From Blastocladiella emersonii ATCC 22665 (taxonomy: Eukaryota; Fungi; Blastocladiomycota), in contig JANHCV010000014.1 of assembly GCA_025594325.1 (NCBI GenBank), positions 620,001 through 684,000 on the forward strand: DNA of 64,000 nt. The letters are read 5' to 3'. The notes under the pieces were generated by a model. That model was not told where the DNA came from. It saw only the letters and a program-made list of their open reading frames with translations, and ran no database searches. Positions 11,844-22,500 of this stretch are shown in pieces (position 1 is the stretch's first letter; each line of letters begins with the position of its first letter). Position numbers and translations under genes: made by a program.

Positions 11844-12976
11844 CTACTCCTTTTCATTAGCCTTACTGGCCTCCTGGATAAGGCTCTTGACCCGAGCAAG
11901 GCGCTCGGCCGCGTCCTTCTTCTGGTTTTTGACGCTCAACAGCACCTCCTTGAGCTCCTTGATCTCCTCCTTAATTTCAGCAAGCTTGCAGCCGCTGTGG
12001 TTGATGGCGATTCCCATGCCGATGCCGGAGAGCTGGTCCAGAATAGGGACCCATACGGTACACGCCGTCGCCACAGCAAGGGTTCGCATGCGCCGCTGGT
12101 GCCACACCTTGTCCTTTTGGCGCGACTCGATCATAGCCTTAGTGGTCTTGTAGTTCTCGTTGATCATCTCGACGTCGCCGTTTGCAAGGGCAACGAGCTC
12201 CTTGTACGTCTCGCGCACCTTGAGTGGGCGCAGCTTGCACACGGCGGCCCGAATCCGCTCAACGGTCACGTAGCGCATGTTGTCAAGCGGACCCATGTCA
12301 ATGCACGCAACGTTGCGACCGACCTCAAAGAAGTTGACGCCGTACTTGTCGAGCTCGGCCAGGTACTCCTTCGGATCGTACTCAGACGCTTGCATGGACG
12401 GCTCCCCAGCCCGAGCATCACCCAGGCACCCGGCCTTGGTCAGGACCAGGAGGCAGTTGAACTCGTTAATGTCCTAGAGCTCCTTGAGCAGCTGCAGGTA
12501 GTTGATCAGCGTCACGGGCGACCGCCCGGCATTCGCCACAACCAGAAGCACCGCGGGTGCGTTTTTGAGTTCTGTCAGGTTCTCCTCAATCACGTCCGCA
12601 ACCTTTTTACCAACCCCGCCGAACCCATCACCGTCCTGGATCTCCATCGTGACGTTCGGCGGCAGGAAATGCGGGTTGACCTTGACCGTCTTGCTGCCCG
12701 AATCCACGCTTTGGACGCCGTTGCTCGTCTTGAACACTTTGGCAAACTTTCCCTCCCAGTCACGGGCCTCAACAAGATCGTTACCGAGTGTTGATTTGCC
12801 TAAGGAGAAACAGTGGCCAATGAGTGAGCAGATCCAAGTCATGCTTTTGCAAGCTGTAAGGCATGTTCCGTACCAACGCCAGTGGGACCGTTCATCTTGA
12901 CACGCACGTGCAACGTTTGGCCCGCACGAGTGGTGTCGGACCAGATTTCGGGCGTGTATGTATTGAGAAAGGTCAT
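11844..12976 (-). pseudogene. AIG1/GIMAP-like (TRAFAC) P-loop GTPase with C-terminal hydrophobic segment and coiled coil; intron 12873-12800; in-frame TAG at 12476-12474
   Basis: Splicing gives G1 'GPTGV|GKSTLGN'; G3 'IQDGDGFG'; G4-like 'LVLTKAG' lies 3' of the TAG in the same frame (78 nt in frame to ORF 11844-12395). Subfamily assignment is inference. Confidence 0.75.
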
Positions 12977-13499
12977 GGTGATGGCGACAAGGGGATTTGA
13001 TTGGGTCGTTGTGGAGGAACGCGACTTGGAGTCTCTCCGACGTGCGGGAGGGCAGGCATTTTATTGTGGGGCAAGCCTGTACTGGCCAAGGAGGGCAGCA
13101 GCACCCACGTGTCAGCAAGGTTGTACCGTTTACTGTTTTCTTTCCACTGTTTCCCTAGGGTCGTTCTCCTCATCTGCTCACGGTTCACTGCTCACTGTTC
13201 ACTGTTCGCTGTTCGGTGCTTGCGATTTACTGAGGCAACGCTTGCCATCTCTGACGGGCCTCGCGGGTTTTACTGTTGTCAGTCGCGACTCTTTTGCCGT
13301 GTCATTTTGCATTCACTGGTTCAGCAGTGATGCATGCGGTTGGCCCGCATCGGGTAGGAGCGCAACTTGGCGGCTTGATGAGTGCGCTTGAACATCACAG
13401 GCATATGACGGCGCCATACTCGTCAATAGATAATCGATCTATTTCCACCAGCGCTAGAGTTGAGCTCCGTTAAGAGAAGTTCCAATCCGGGCCGGGATG

Positions 13500-13522
13500 G
13501 ACGCGCCGCGCCACTCACGTGA
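13500..13522 (+). promoter_or_regulatory. GACGCGCCGCGCCACTCACGTGA motif copy
   Basis: Matches the motif found upstream of six accessory-family loci at 30-41 kb. Confidence 0.5.
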
Positions 13523-14089
13523 TCGCGTAGCCCATGTGCCGTCGCAGGGTTTCGAGTTCCGAGCAGCCATTGAGAGGCCTAGTCTAATCTGTGCGTCCCA
13601 AGAGTGACGGGCTTAGTCACGAACATAACTTCTTCAAGCAGGGCATCTGCAAGTTTGACGTGCCCCGGCTTCAACGTCGCGGAAAGCTTGACCTCTTAAC
13701 GAAGGACCATGACCATACACGAAACGTCTGATAAGCTGAGGTAGGTTCCGGCCGAGCCGTCTTCGCCTCAACCCGACGTTGACGCGTCGAGCTATCACAT
13801 GCGCACATCTCACACCGCTCCACGCGATGGGCGCGCTCGGCGCGGCGCGGGTGGCGACTTGAGGGAGACGGCGCGCCAAGAGATCAGCCCCGCAAAGATC
13901 GAGTGGCGAGAACACGCTGTCCCAGGACGACCGAATTTGGGTTCCATGCCATACATGGGGGAGCGGGCCGGCGTGGTCGCATTTTTTGCACTCTCTTTTG
14001 GCGCCGTGAGCCTGAACCTGAAAGGGAGTATCACCAGGCCGCGAGTGTATGCTAATACAACAAACAAGTCATCGCAAGAGACGGATTGA

Positions 14090-15334
14090 TCACTCGACGA
14101 CGTGGGTCCACCGCTCCGCAGCCATGATCTCCTCGATCTGGGCCACGATAGTTGTAAAGCTCGGCCGCGTCTTGAAGTCAGCGGCCCAGCACCGCTCAAT
14201 CAGCCCCCACATCTCGCGCGAGTACGTCGGCGCGTGGACCGGCGCCGCAGGCCGTTTCCCGTCCCGGATCATGCCCGCGATCGCCATCGAATCCTTGACC
14301 TCGGCAAACGGCACCTGCCCAGCAACCACCTCGTAGCACAGCATCCCGAACGCAAACACGTCCGGCTCCGTCGTGGCCTTGCTACCTTCCTCATACCTCT
14401 CCGGCGCGAGCCAGCGGACGCACGCGGCGCCGCGGCCGCCGGGATAAAAGTTCTTATCGCGCATGGCGAAGTTGACGAGGCGCGCGAGCCCGTGGTGCGC
14501 AATCTTGGCGTGGCCGGCGTCGTCGACGAACACGGTGGCGGCGCGCAGGTCGCCGTGGAGCAGGCCGGCGTCGTGCATCGCGGCCATGCCCCGCGCGATC
14601 TCGAGGAGTAGCGAAAGGTGCGCCTCGGGCTGCAGCGCGGCGTAGTCGGCGAGGTTCTCGCCCGTGACGGCGGCCGTGACGAGGTACGGGCGCGGGCCGG
14701 CGAAGTTGAGGCCGAGGAAGTCAAGGATGTGCAAGTGATGCAGCTGCGTCCACTTGTTGGCCTCGCGCAGGAACGCGGCGCGGGCGGCCTGGTCCGTCTC
14801 GAGGATCCAGCCGAGGTGCAGGTAGTGCAGCGAGACGGGAAGGCCAGTCGATTTGAGCGTGGCCGAGACGATGTGGGCGTGCGGCGGCGTGAACAAGCAG
14901 GCACTGTCGCTGACGGTAAACTTGCCCTCGGCCATGGTCAGTCGCGCGGCAATCTCGTCGAGTTCGCGGGCCTCTTTGCGCGCATTTTCCGCGGCGCGGC
15001 ACTGGGTGTGCAGGTCGCTGAGCTGCTGGTAGCTGTCCGCGGCGGGCGCGCGCGGTGAGGGGACGAGAAGCGACTTGGTTTCCGCGGTGATGGCCGAGAT
15101 GTAAGCCGCCAAGTCGCGAAACTTGTGGTGGTGGTCAACGCGTCGCGCGGCCGCGGGCAACGACTCGGCCTCCTCGATGAGCAGCCGCAGCGTCGTGTGG
15201 CCCGAGGTAAGCACGTTCTGGAGAGCGGCAACGCGGGCCGTGTCGTTGACTACGAGGCCAAGCAGGGCGTTGAGTTCGGCGAGCTTGCCGCGGATCTCGG
15301 CGACGAGGATTTGCTGCTCGTTGTTGTTGGCCAT
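14090..15334 (-). CDS. TKL-type pseudokinase with N-terminal ~135-aa helical domain (MLKL-like architecture); intronless
   Basis: Kinase C-lobe intact ('RWLAPE', 'DVFAFGMLCYE', 'RCW..D...RPSF') but no Gly-loop, VAIK->VSLH, HGDLKxxN->HGDLRAAT, DFG->HHG. Confidence 0.8.
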   Translation of the reverse strand: MANNNEQQILVAEIRGKLAELNALLGLVVNDTARVAALQNVLTSGHTTLRLLIEEAESLPAAARRVDHHHKFRDLAAYISAITAETKSLLVPSPRAPAADSYQQLSDLHTQCRAAENARKEARELDEIAARLTMAEGKFTVSDSACLFTPPHAHIVSATLKSTGLPVSLHYLHLGWILETDQAARAAFLREANKWTQLHHLHILDFLGLNFAGPRPYLVTAAVTGENLADYAALQPEAHLSLLLEIARGMAAMHDAGLLHGDLRAATVFVDDAGHAKIAHHGLARLVNFAMRDKNFYPGGRGAACVRWLAPERYEEGSKATTEPDVFAFGMLCYEVVAGQVPFAEVKDSMAIAGMIRDGKRPAAPVHAPTYSREMWGLIERCWAADFKTRPSFTTIVAQIEEIMAAERWTHVVE

Positions 15335-16183
15335 GGTGGTCGTAAGTGAGAGGAGGGTGAAGCTCCCGTCGTATTGCGCAATACAAGGTCTTATATAGTT
15401 GGGCGACGCGGTTTACTGTTCAGGGAGGTGCGGTGCGCGCCGCATGCCGTGCCACTCGTACTGCGCGTGACCCACTGTCCGCCGCACTCACTGGCTTTTC
15501 GCTCTACTGCGACTGGTTGCGTGATGAGAGCTGACGGCAACGGTGACGATGATAATTGAATGAAGACGAGATGCGTAAGGGCCGGAAGTAGTTGCGTTGA
15601 CCGCGCGGAGACGGGTGGACGACAAGGAGCGGGCCGCCTGCTCGACCCGCAGGGTCCCGAGGTTAGCCATGATAGAGCGGACAATGCACACTGCTTCGCG
15701 GTCGATTTCGACAGGAGAAGCGGTCAAGAAGGCGTTCGAAGCCGAAGCAGACGGTCGGCGAGGTCCGGTCACGCTGCACGGACTCGCCGGACCCGACGAA
15801 GCGGTCAGGAACCGGCCCACGACAGATCGGACCGCGTCCAGCAAGTTCCAGAGCCTGTCGCGACACTTGTGTCCACTGAGAAGACTCTCAAGCGTCGAGG
15901 GGCACGGGTGGCGCCCGCAGGACACGTCACGCGCGGCTGAGTGGCCTCGGCAGGTCGCTCAGTGGAGGATCAGAGTCGGTTGCATGGTTACATGGAGGTT
16001 TGCTTCATTCATTCGGCCGTGAAGGGAGAGAGAGCGCAAGGCCAGCTGCGGAGCGACGAAGTCGGACGAGCCGATCGCCGCGTGACGAGACGGCCCACGC
16101 GTGCGCGTCGCCGCCCGACGCGACCTTCCCTCTTCTGCCCCGCCCCCGCCCGCTCTCTCTCCCCAACACCCACCCTCACTGCA

Positions 16184-17488
16184 ATGAAGTCCCACGCCGC
16201 CCGCGCGTTCCACAGCGCCGTCGCGTCGCACGCTGCGTCGGCGGCGCGCGACTCGTTCCGCGCGCTGGGCCACGGCCGCGTGCACCTCAAGTACCACCGC
16301 CACCTGCCCGTCGCGCTCGTCCAGCTCGACAACCCCGCCAAGCTCAACGCGCTGTCCGGGTGCATGATGGCCGAGCTCGCCGACTGGTGCGCTTGTTTGG
16401 GAGTTGACGACGCGCCTGTGCTGACTTTCGGGGGCGTGTAGCGTCGACACGCTGCAGCAGGAGCAGGACAAACTCGCCGCCGTGATCCTGACGGGCGCGG
16501 GCGGGTCGTTTTGCACGGGGTTCGACCTCGACGTGGCCAGCTCGCACGTCTCGACGCCCGAGGGCGGCCAGACCATGGCCGAGCTCATGCACGACACGCT
16601 CACGCGCCTGCGCCGCCTCCCGCTCGTCTCGTTTGCGGCGGTCGAGGGATATGCCATGGGGTACGCGTTATTTGGGGAGTGTAGTTGCACCGAGTGCGCT
16701 GACGCGTAAGTGTGGGTGTAGCGGTGGCGCCGAGCTCACGACCGCGACCGACTTCCGCGTCGTCACGTACGGCTCGACGATCCGCTTCGTGCACCTCAAG
16801 ATGGGCGCGGCTCCGGGGTCCGTTCTTCTGGACTTTCCCCGCCCCACGAATTTCGCTAACACGCCGATCCGTGTGTAGCTGGGGCGGCGCGTACCGCCTC
16901 TCCCAACTCCTCGGCCACCCGCGCGCGCTACAGCTCCTCATGTCGTGCAAGAAGCTCGACGGCGAAGCCGCGCAGAAGCTCGGTCTCGCGCAATGGGTGT
17001 GCCCGACCGGCCAGGCGCTCGCCAAGTGCATCGACGTGCTCGAGGGCTACCTTGGCGTCGGGATCCCCGAGGACGCGCACCGCGCCGCCGCCGCCGAGAT
17101 CCGCCGCGCGCGCCAGGGCGAGAACGCGCTCCCCGAGGACGACGGCGAGTCGGCGTCGCCCAGCGTCGACGAGGAGGAGGCGGTGCTCGCCCAGGCCGCG
17201 TGGCTGCATTTCACGCCTGACGCGGCTGAGGTGCCGTGGATGCAGCCCGGCGGCGAGGGGGTGTACGAGGGGAACAGTCTCCGCAGCGTGCACGCCATCA
17301 AGACGGGCGTGATCGCGGCGGCCGACCTCAGCGAGGATACCGCGATGCAGCTCGAGCGCGAGGCGTTCGTCTCGTGCTGGGGCAGCGCCGAGAATCTCGC
17401 CGCCCTGAACCGCCGCCGCGCGAGCCCGCCGCCGAGCGAGATCGCGGGCAAGGTCGCGTCTGCGGCCGCAACTGGCAAAAAGCGCTGA
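16184..17488 (+). CDS. ECHDC1: Crotonase-fold ethylmalonyl-CoA decarboxylase/enoyl-CoA hydratase (ECHDC1-like), mitochondrial presequence; 3 introns
   Basis: 'LDNPAKLNALSGCMMAEL', 'ILTGAGGSFCTGFDL', 'AAVEGYAMG|GGAELTTATDFR', 'FVHLKMGAAPG|WGGAYRL', 'LEREAFVSCWG'. Confidence 0.8.
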
Positions 17489-17567
17489 TGAAGGATGGAT
17501 GGGCACTCGGATGATGTATTTACACTGATACCAACACACTCTCTTCTTCCCCCTGCTCTCGTACCGT

Positions 17568-19121
17568 CTACGCCCCGCGCCGCGCGCCTGCAGCAGGCGG
17601 CGCGACCGCCGCCGGCCCCTCAGTGACGGGCGCCGGCAGCCCAAGCACACGGCGCACGAGCACCGCGAACCGCTTATCGAGCGTAAACGTGATGAGCGGG
17701 TTGAACACGCCGATCAGCGCGACGGGCAGCGCCGACACGCACCCGATGATCGGGTCGAGCGGGCCCTCGGACACCCACGTAATGATCCACACGTACAGGT
17801 ACATGAGCCAGCACGCGATAAACGCGCCGACGACGGCGACAGCGCGCTTCAGCAGCATCTTCTCCTGCTTGCGCGCCGCGATCGCCGCCGGGCTCAGCGA
17901 CGCGTTCATCGACGAGCCCGCGCTGCGCGACAGGAGGCGCAGGCGGCCGGAAGCCGTGCGCGAGCGAGACAGCGTGCTTGCGCCGCTCGCGGACATGTGG
18001 CTCGCGGCGCTCGGCGAGCGCGGGATCCCGCCCACGGCAGCCCCGTCGGCGGCGGCAGACGCGGACGCGGTCGGCGACGCCGAGGAACCGCTGCGACCGC
18101 TGAGGAACGAGAGACGCTGGCCGAACGCGATCCCGCTCGTGCGCGGCGACGGCGACGTCGTCGAGCTGTTGGGCGAGCCCGACGACGACTTGGTCGGGAC
18201 GATCGGGTTGTGGCCGCCGTTGATGGAGCCGTCCGGGTCCATGCCCGACCGCGCGAGGAGCGACTTGATCATGGACCCGCCGAGCGACGCCGACGCGCCA
18301 CCGCCGCCGATGGAGCCGACCGTGGTGCCCGACGCGCCGAGCGAGGAGCCGAGCGCGGCGCCTGAGGCCGCGGCCGCGGCCAAACTCGCACCGGGACCCG
18401 ATGGCGCGGCGCCTAGCTTGGCCGCGGTGCTGGCGGCGGCCCCCGCGTTCGTGGACGGCGGGGCGGCCGCGGCGGGCTTCTTGACGAGCGACTTTTGCGA
18501 CTTGCGGAACTCGGCGATGATGTTCCAGTACCCGCCGACCATGGCGAGGATCGTAGACGAGATCATGACACAGATGACGACCTTGAGGACGGCGTCGGTC
18601 GGCTTGCGGGACGACCAGTCGGGCGAGCAGTACGCGCCGGCGCCAATCGGCACATAGCCGGACCCGCCGGGCAGGAGCGGGAGGACCGCGTACCCGCCGC
18701 CGCCGACCCAGCACGCGGCGATCAGCTTGATGACGATGTCGCGCTCGACCTTCTTCTTGCGCACAATCGACAGGTACCGCTCGGCGGTCGTCAGGAACAG
18801 CGTCGTGACCGTGTTGAAGACAAAGTAGCCCGTCACGATGCCCATCCAGGTGCACCCGAACTGGCCCGTGATCCACCGTCCCGCGATCGCGTTGCTGGTC
18901 CAGAACGGGAGGTTGGCGAGCGCGAGGCCCATGTCGGCAATCGCCAGGTTCACGATCAAAAGGTTCGCGCCCGTCGTCAGCAGCTTGCCCTTGCGCGACG
19001 CGTGGACGAGGATCGAGTTGAGGGTCACGTTGCACGTCATGAGGATCGCGTAGACCCACGTGAAGGCCACCGTCGCCACGGGCATGTCGTCCTCGAGCGT
19101 GTAGGGTCGCTCGTGCGACAT
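17568..19121 (-). CDS. Class A (rhodopsin-like) GPCR, opsin-like but lacking the retinal-binding lysine; intronless
   Basis: 7 hydrophobic segments; 'NLAIAD' (TM2), TM3 Cys and 'ERY', ECL2 'YVPIGAGAYCSPDW', TM6 'CWLMY', TM7 'FNPLI'; very long Ala/Ser/Gly-rich ICL3. Confidence 0.9.
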   Translation of the reverse strand: MSHERPYTLEDDMPVATVAFTWVYAILMTCNVTLNSILVHASRKGKLLTTGANLLIVNLAIADMGLALANLPFWTSNAIAGRWITGQFGCTWMGIVTGYFVFNTVTTLFLTTAERYLSIVRKKKVERDIVIKLIAACWVGGGGYAVLPLLPGGSGYVPIGAGAYCSPDWSSRKPTDAVLKVVICVMISSTILAMVGGYWNIIAEFRKSQKSLVKKPAAAAPPSTNAGAAASTAAKLGAAPSGPGASLAAAAASGAALGSSLGASGTTVGSIGGGGASASLGGSMIKSLLARSGMDPDGSINGGHNPIVPTKSSSGSPNSSTTSPSPRTSGIAFGQRLSFLSGRSGSSASPTASASAAADGAAVGGIPRSPSAASHMSASGASTLSRSRTASGRLRLLSRSAGSSMNASLSPAAIAARKQEKMLLKRAVAVVGAFIACWLMYLYVWIITWVSEGPLDPIIGCVSALPVALIGVFNPLITFTLDKRFAVLVRRVLGLPAPVTEGPAAVAPPAAGARRGA

Positions 19122-19599
19122 TTTCGGTGATGGTTGGTGTTGGTGTTGGTGTAGGTCAGGAGGTAGGTAGGTCGACGTGGTGTTGATTACGTTGCTGATG
19201 AGCGAGTGTTGATAGTCGTCGGGCGGAAGGGAGCTCGAGTCGACGGCGGATCACGGCGGCTCGGCCACGGCCATCGTCGAGATCGTATACTCCGCCCCCG
19301 TTCGACGTTAGCTCCACTGCCAGTGAGTACAGGCCTCCGCGGCCCCGCGTAGGGCCGGGGCCTTGTGGCCGGAGACGCCGAGGAGGCCGAGCAGGAGTAG
19401 TGCGCGGCCGGCCGTGGCCATGGTCGCGCGGCCCCTGATTGGCTCCTTCGCTGCCCCGAGTCGGATCGGCGGGGTGCCCCGGGGGCTGTCTCGCGGTTTC
19501 CTTCGAAGGCGACTCAGCAATTGTCCGCATGCGGTGAGAAACGCAAACTAGTAGGTGTATTTTGATCAAACAAGACGAAAGTTCGAGACGGCACGACAT

Positions 19600-22500
19600 T
19601 CACTCGTCGCGCTCGCGGCGGGCCGAGAACCGCACGATGCGACGCGCGCGGTGAGCGCGGCGCGGTGCCACACGCTTCTCCACCGAGGGTGCGGCCGCGT
19701 CGTCGGCCTCCTCGTCAAAGTAGTTGAGCGACCGGAGCGTGACGCGGCCCTCGCCGAGCTGCCACCCGCGCGGGAGCAACGCCGGCTCGGCCGTGTACTC
19801 GTTCGGGTTCTGCACCTTGGCCGCGAACCGCGAGAAGATGGCCGTCGCGTCGCCGCCCGCCGCGGGCGAGGCGGCGTTGTCGCTGCCGCCCTGGATCTTG
19901 AGCAGCAGGCCGAGCAGGTGCTTGGCGTACGCGTCGTCGGCCGCGCGCGTCGAGGCCTCGTTGTCGTGCGACTCGGACGCGGACTCGGGCTCGGGCGTGA
20001 ACTCGCGCGCGAGCGGGAGCGACTCGTCGCCGTCCTCGACGACCTCCTCCTGCTCGTCGCGCTCGCGCTCGCCGTCGAGATCGCGCGCCTGCTGCTTGCC
20101 ACGGCCGCGGCGGCCGCCGAACAGCTGCTTGAGCGGGACCGCGACGGGGCGGTCGAACATGGACAGCTTCTCGCGGCGCGGACCGCGAGCGGCGACACCG
20201 CGTGGTTCGTCGGCGTCCTCCTCCTCCTGCTCCTCGGCGCCGTTGCGGTCGTACTCGGCCGACTCGTCAATGTACTCCTCGGACTCGGACTCCTCGTACT
20301 CGGCCTCCTCGATCACCTTGCCGCGCGACGGCTTGCCGGGGCGGGAACGCGTGCGGCGCTCGGCCACCTCCTCGTCGACCTCGCGCTCGGGCTGTTCCTC
20401 CTCGCCGTCGTCGTCGTGGCGCGGCGCGGGCTTGCGCTCGCCCTTCTTGCCGCGGCCGACGCGCACGCCCTTCTTGCCGCCGCGCGTCTTGGCCGACGAC
20501 TGCTTCTTGCCACGGCCCGACTTGCCGCCGCGACGCGGTGCCGCAACCTCACCATCCTCGGCCGCCGTATCGGCGTCACCCGAGCGAGCGGGCTGCTGCT
20601 CCGTCTCGGGCGACTGCTGCTCGCCGTCCTGGTCGGCACGCCCGCGCTTGCCGCCGCGCGCGCGCTTCGCGAGACCGCCGAGCGCGCCCTTGACGCCTCC
20701 GCGGCGACCGCCCGCCTTCTTGCCTGAGAGCTTCTTCTTGAGGCCCTTGCCCGCCTTGCCGAGCTTGGACGCCTTACGGCCGAGCTTGCCGCGGCCCATC
20801 TTGGACGCCTTGTTGCGGAGCTTGGACGCCTTACGGCCGAGCTTGCCGAGCTTTTTGCCCTTGCCACCGCCCATCTTGGACGCCTTACGGCGGAGCTTGT
20901 CGAGCTTACCGGCCTTGCCGCCGCGGCGCAGGCTCTTGCCGGCCTTGACCAGCTTGCCGAGCTTGCCCGCCTTACCGCGCAGGCCCTTACCGGCCTTCTT
21001 GCCGCGGAGACCCTTGCCGGCCTTGGCGAGCTTGCCCATCTTGGACACCTTGCCGCGTAGCTTGGCCGACTTACGGCCTAGCTTGCCGACGCCGCCGACC
21101 TTGCCCGCCTTGCCGCCGCGGAGACCCTTGGCGCCCTTGGCTAACTTGCCGAGCTTGCCGCCCTTGAGCTTGGACGCCTTGCCCGCGAGCTTACCGAGCT
21201 TGCCGCCCTTCTTACCGAGCTTCCCGGCCTTGGCCGCGAGGCCGCGGGCCTTGCCCGCCTTCCCAGCGAGCTTGCCGAGCTTGCCCATCTTCGACGCCTT
21301 CCCGCCCAGCTTGCCGAGACCGCGCGCCTTGCCGCCCATCTTGGATGCCTTGCCGCCCAGCTTACCGAGCCCGCGGGCCTTGGCGCCGAGCTTCGACGCC
21401 TTACCCGCGGCCTTGCCGAGCTTGCCGAGCTTACCGCCGCCGCCGCGCGCACCGCGCGCCGCCTTGCCGACCTTGGCCGCGAGACCCCGCGCCGCCTTGG
21501 GCGCCTTGCCGGCCTTCTTACCGCCCACGCGCGGCGCGCGCTGCGACTGCTGGGCCGGTGCGACCGAGTGCTGAGGCTGCTGCTGAACCGGCGCGACCGA
21601 ACGCTGCTGATGCATCTGCTGCTGGCGCTGCGCCGGACCGCGCATCTGGACGGCCGCCTGCGGCGCCGACGACGCGTTCCCGTGTCCGCCGCGGCAGGTA
21701 CACGGCGCCTCGACACGCGGCTGCGGCCGCTGGTGGTGCATCGGGCACGCCGCCGGCGCGAAGACGGGGCGGCGGTACCGCGTCTGCTGGTGGAGCGCCG
21801 GGTGGCGCTGCATGACGGCGATGACGCGGCGCGGCGGCGCGCGGCGCGGGACGATGCGGACGACGCGCTGCGGCTGCGGCACCGGGGCCGGCGCCGGCTG
21901 CTGCGCGGGAGCGCTGCCGAGGCCGAGGAGATTCGAGAGGTCCGGGAACGGCGCCGGCGCGTGCTGCTGCTGCGCGGGCGCGCCGAGGCCGAGGAGCTTG
22001 GACAGGTCGGGCAACGGCGCAGCCTGCTGCTGCTGCTGCTGGCGGCGACGGAGGAGATGGACAAACGTCGGCTTCGGCACCTGAGCCACCGCGGCGCGGC
22101 GCCGCAGCAGCGCAATCAGCGTCGTCGTCGACTGGCCCTTGCGCGGCGCGTAGTACCCGCTGCTGAGCCCGCACTTGGTCGGGCGCCCGCGAACGCGGAC
22201 ACACGGGCACCGGCACATGGCGTCGCGCCGCGTGCACGGGCAGCGGCACATGGCGCGGCGGATGCTGCACTTGGACGCGCCCGCGGGTGGGCCGGAGAAG
22301 TAGCCCGACGGACCCGAGGGGCCGCCGTTGCGGTAGAACTGGTGGTTGCGCGCGGGCGCGGGCGGCGCGGGGCCGAGCGCGCCGGACGAAGGCGAGCCGC
22401 GGAACTGCTGCTGCTGCTGCTGCTGCGCGGGAGCGCCGGACATGGCGCGGAACTGCTGCTGCTGAGGCGGGCCGCGGAACTGCTGCTGCTGCTGAGGAGG

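Noticed and set aside
13560-14089. Possible gene downstream of the 13500 motif (and ORFs at 15400-16100)
   Set aside because: Only short ORFs with no recognisable homology or consistent codon bias.
16804-16880. GC-AG intron in ECHDC1 (ATGG|GCGCGG)
   Set aside because: A canonical GT donor (GG|GTCCGT) a few codons later restores the expected 'MGAAPGWGG'.
17568-19121. Functional photoreceptor
   Set aside because: No Lys at the K296-equivalent position and no acidic counterion at positions 113 or 181.
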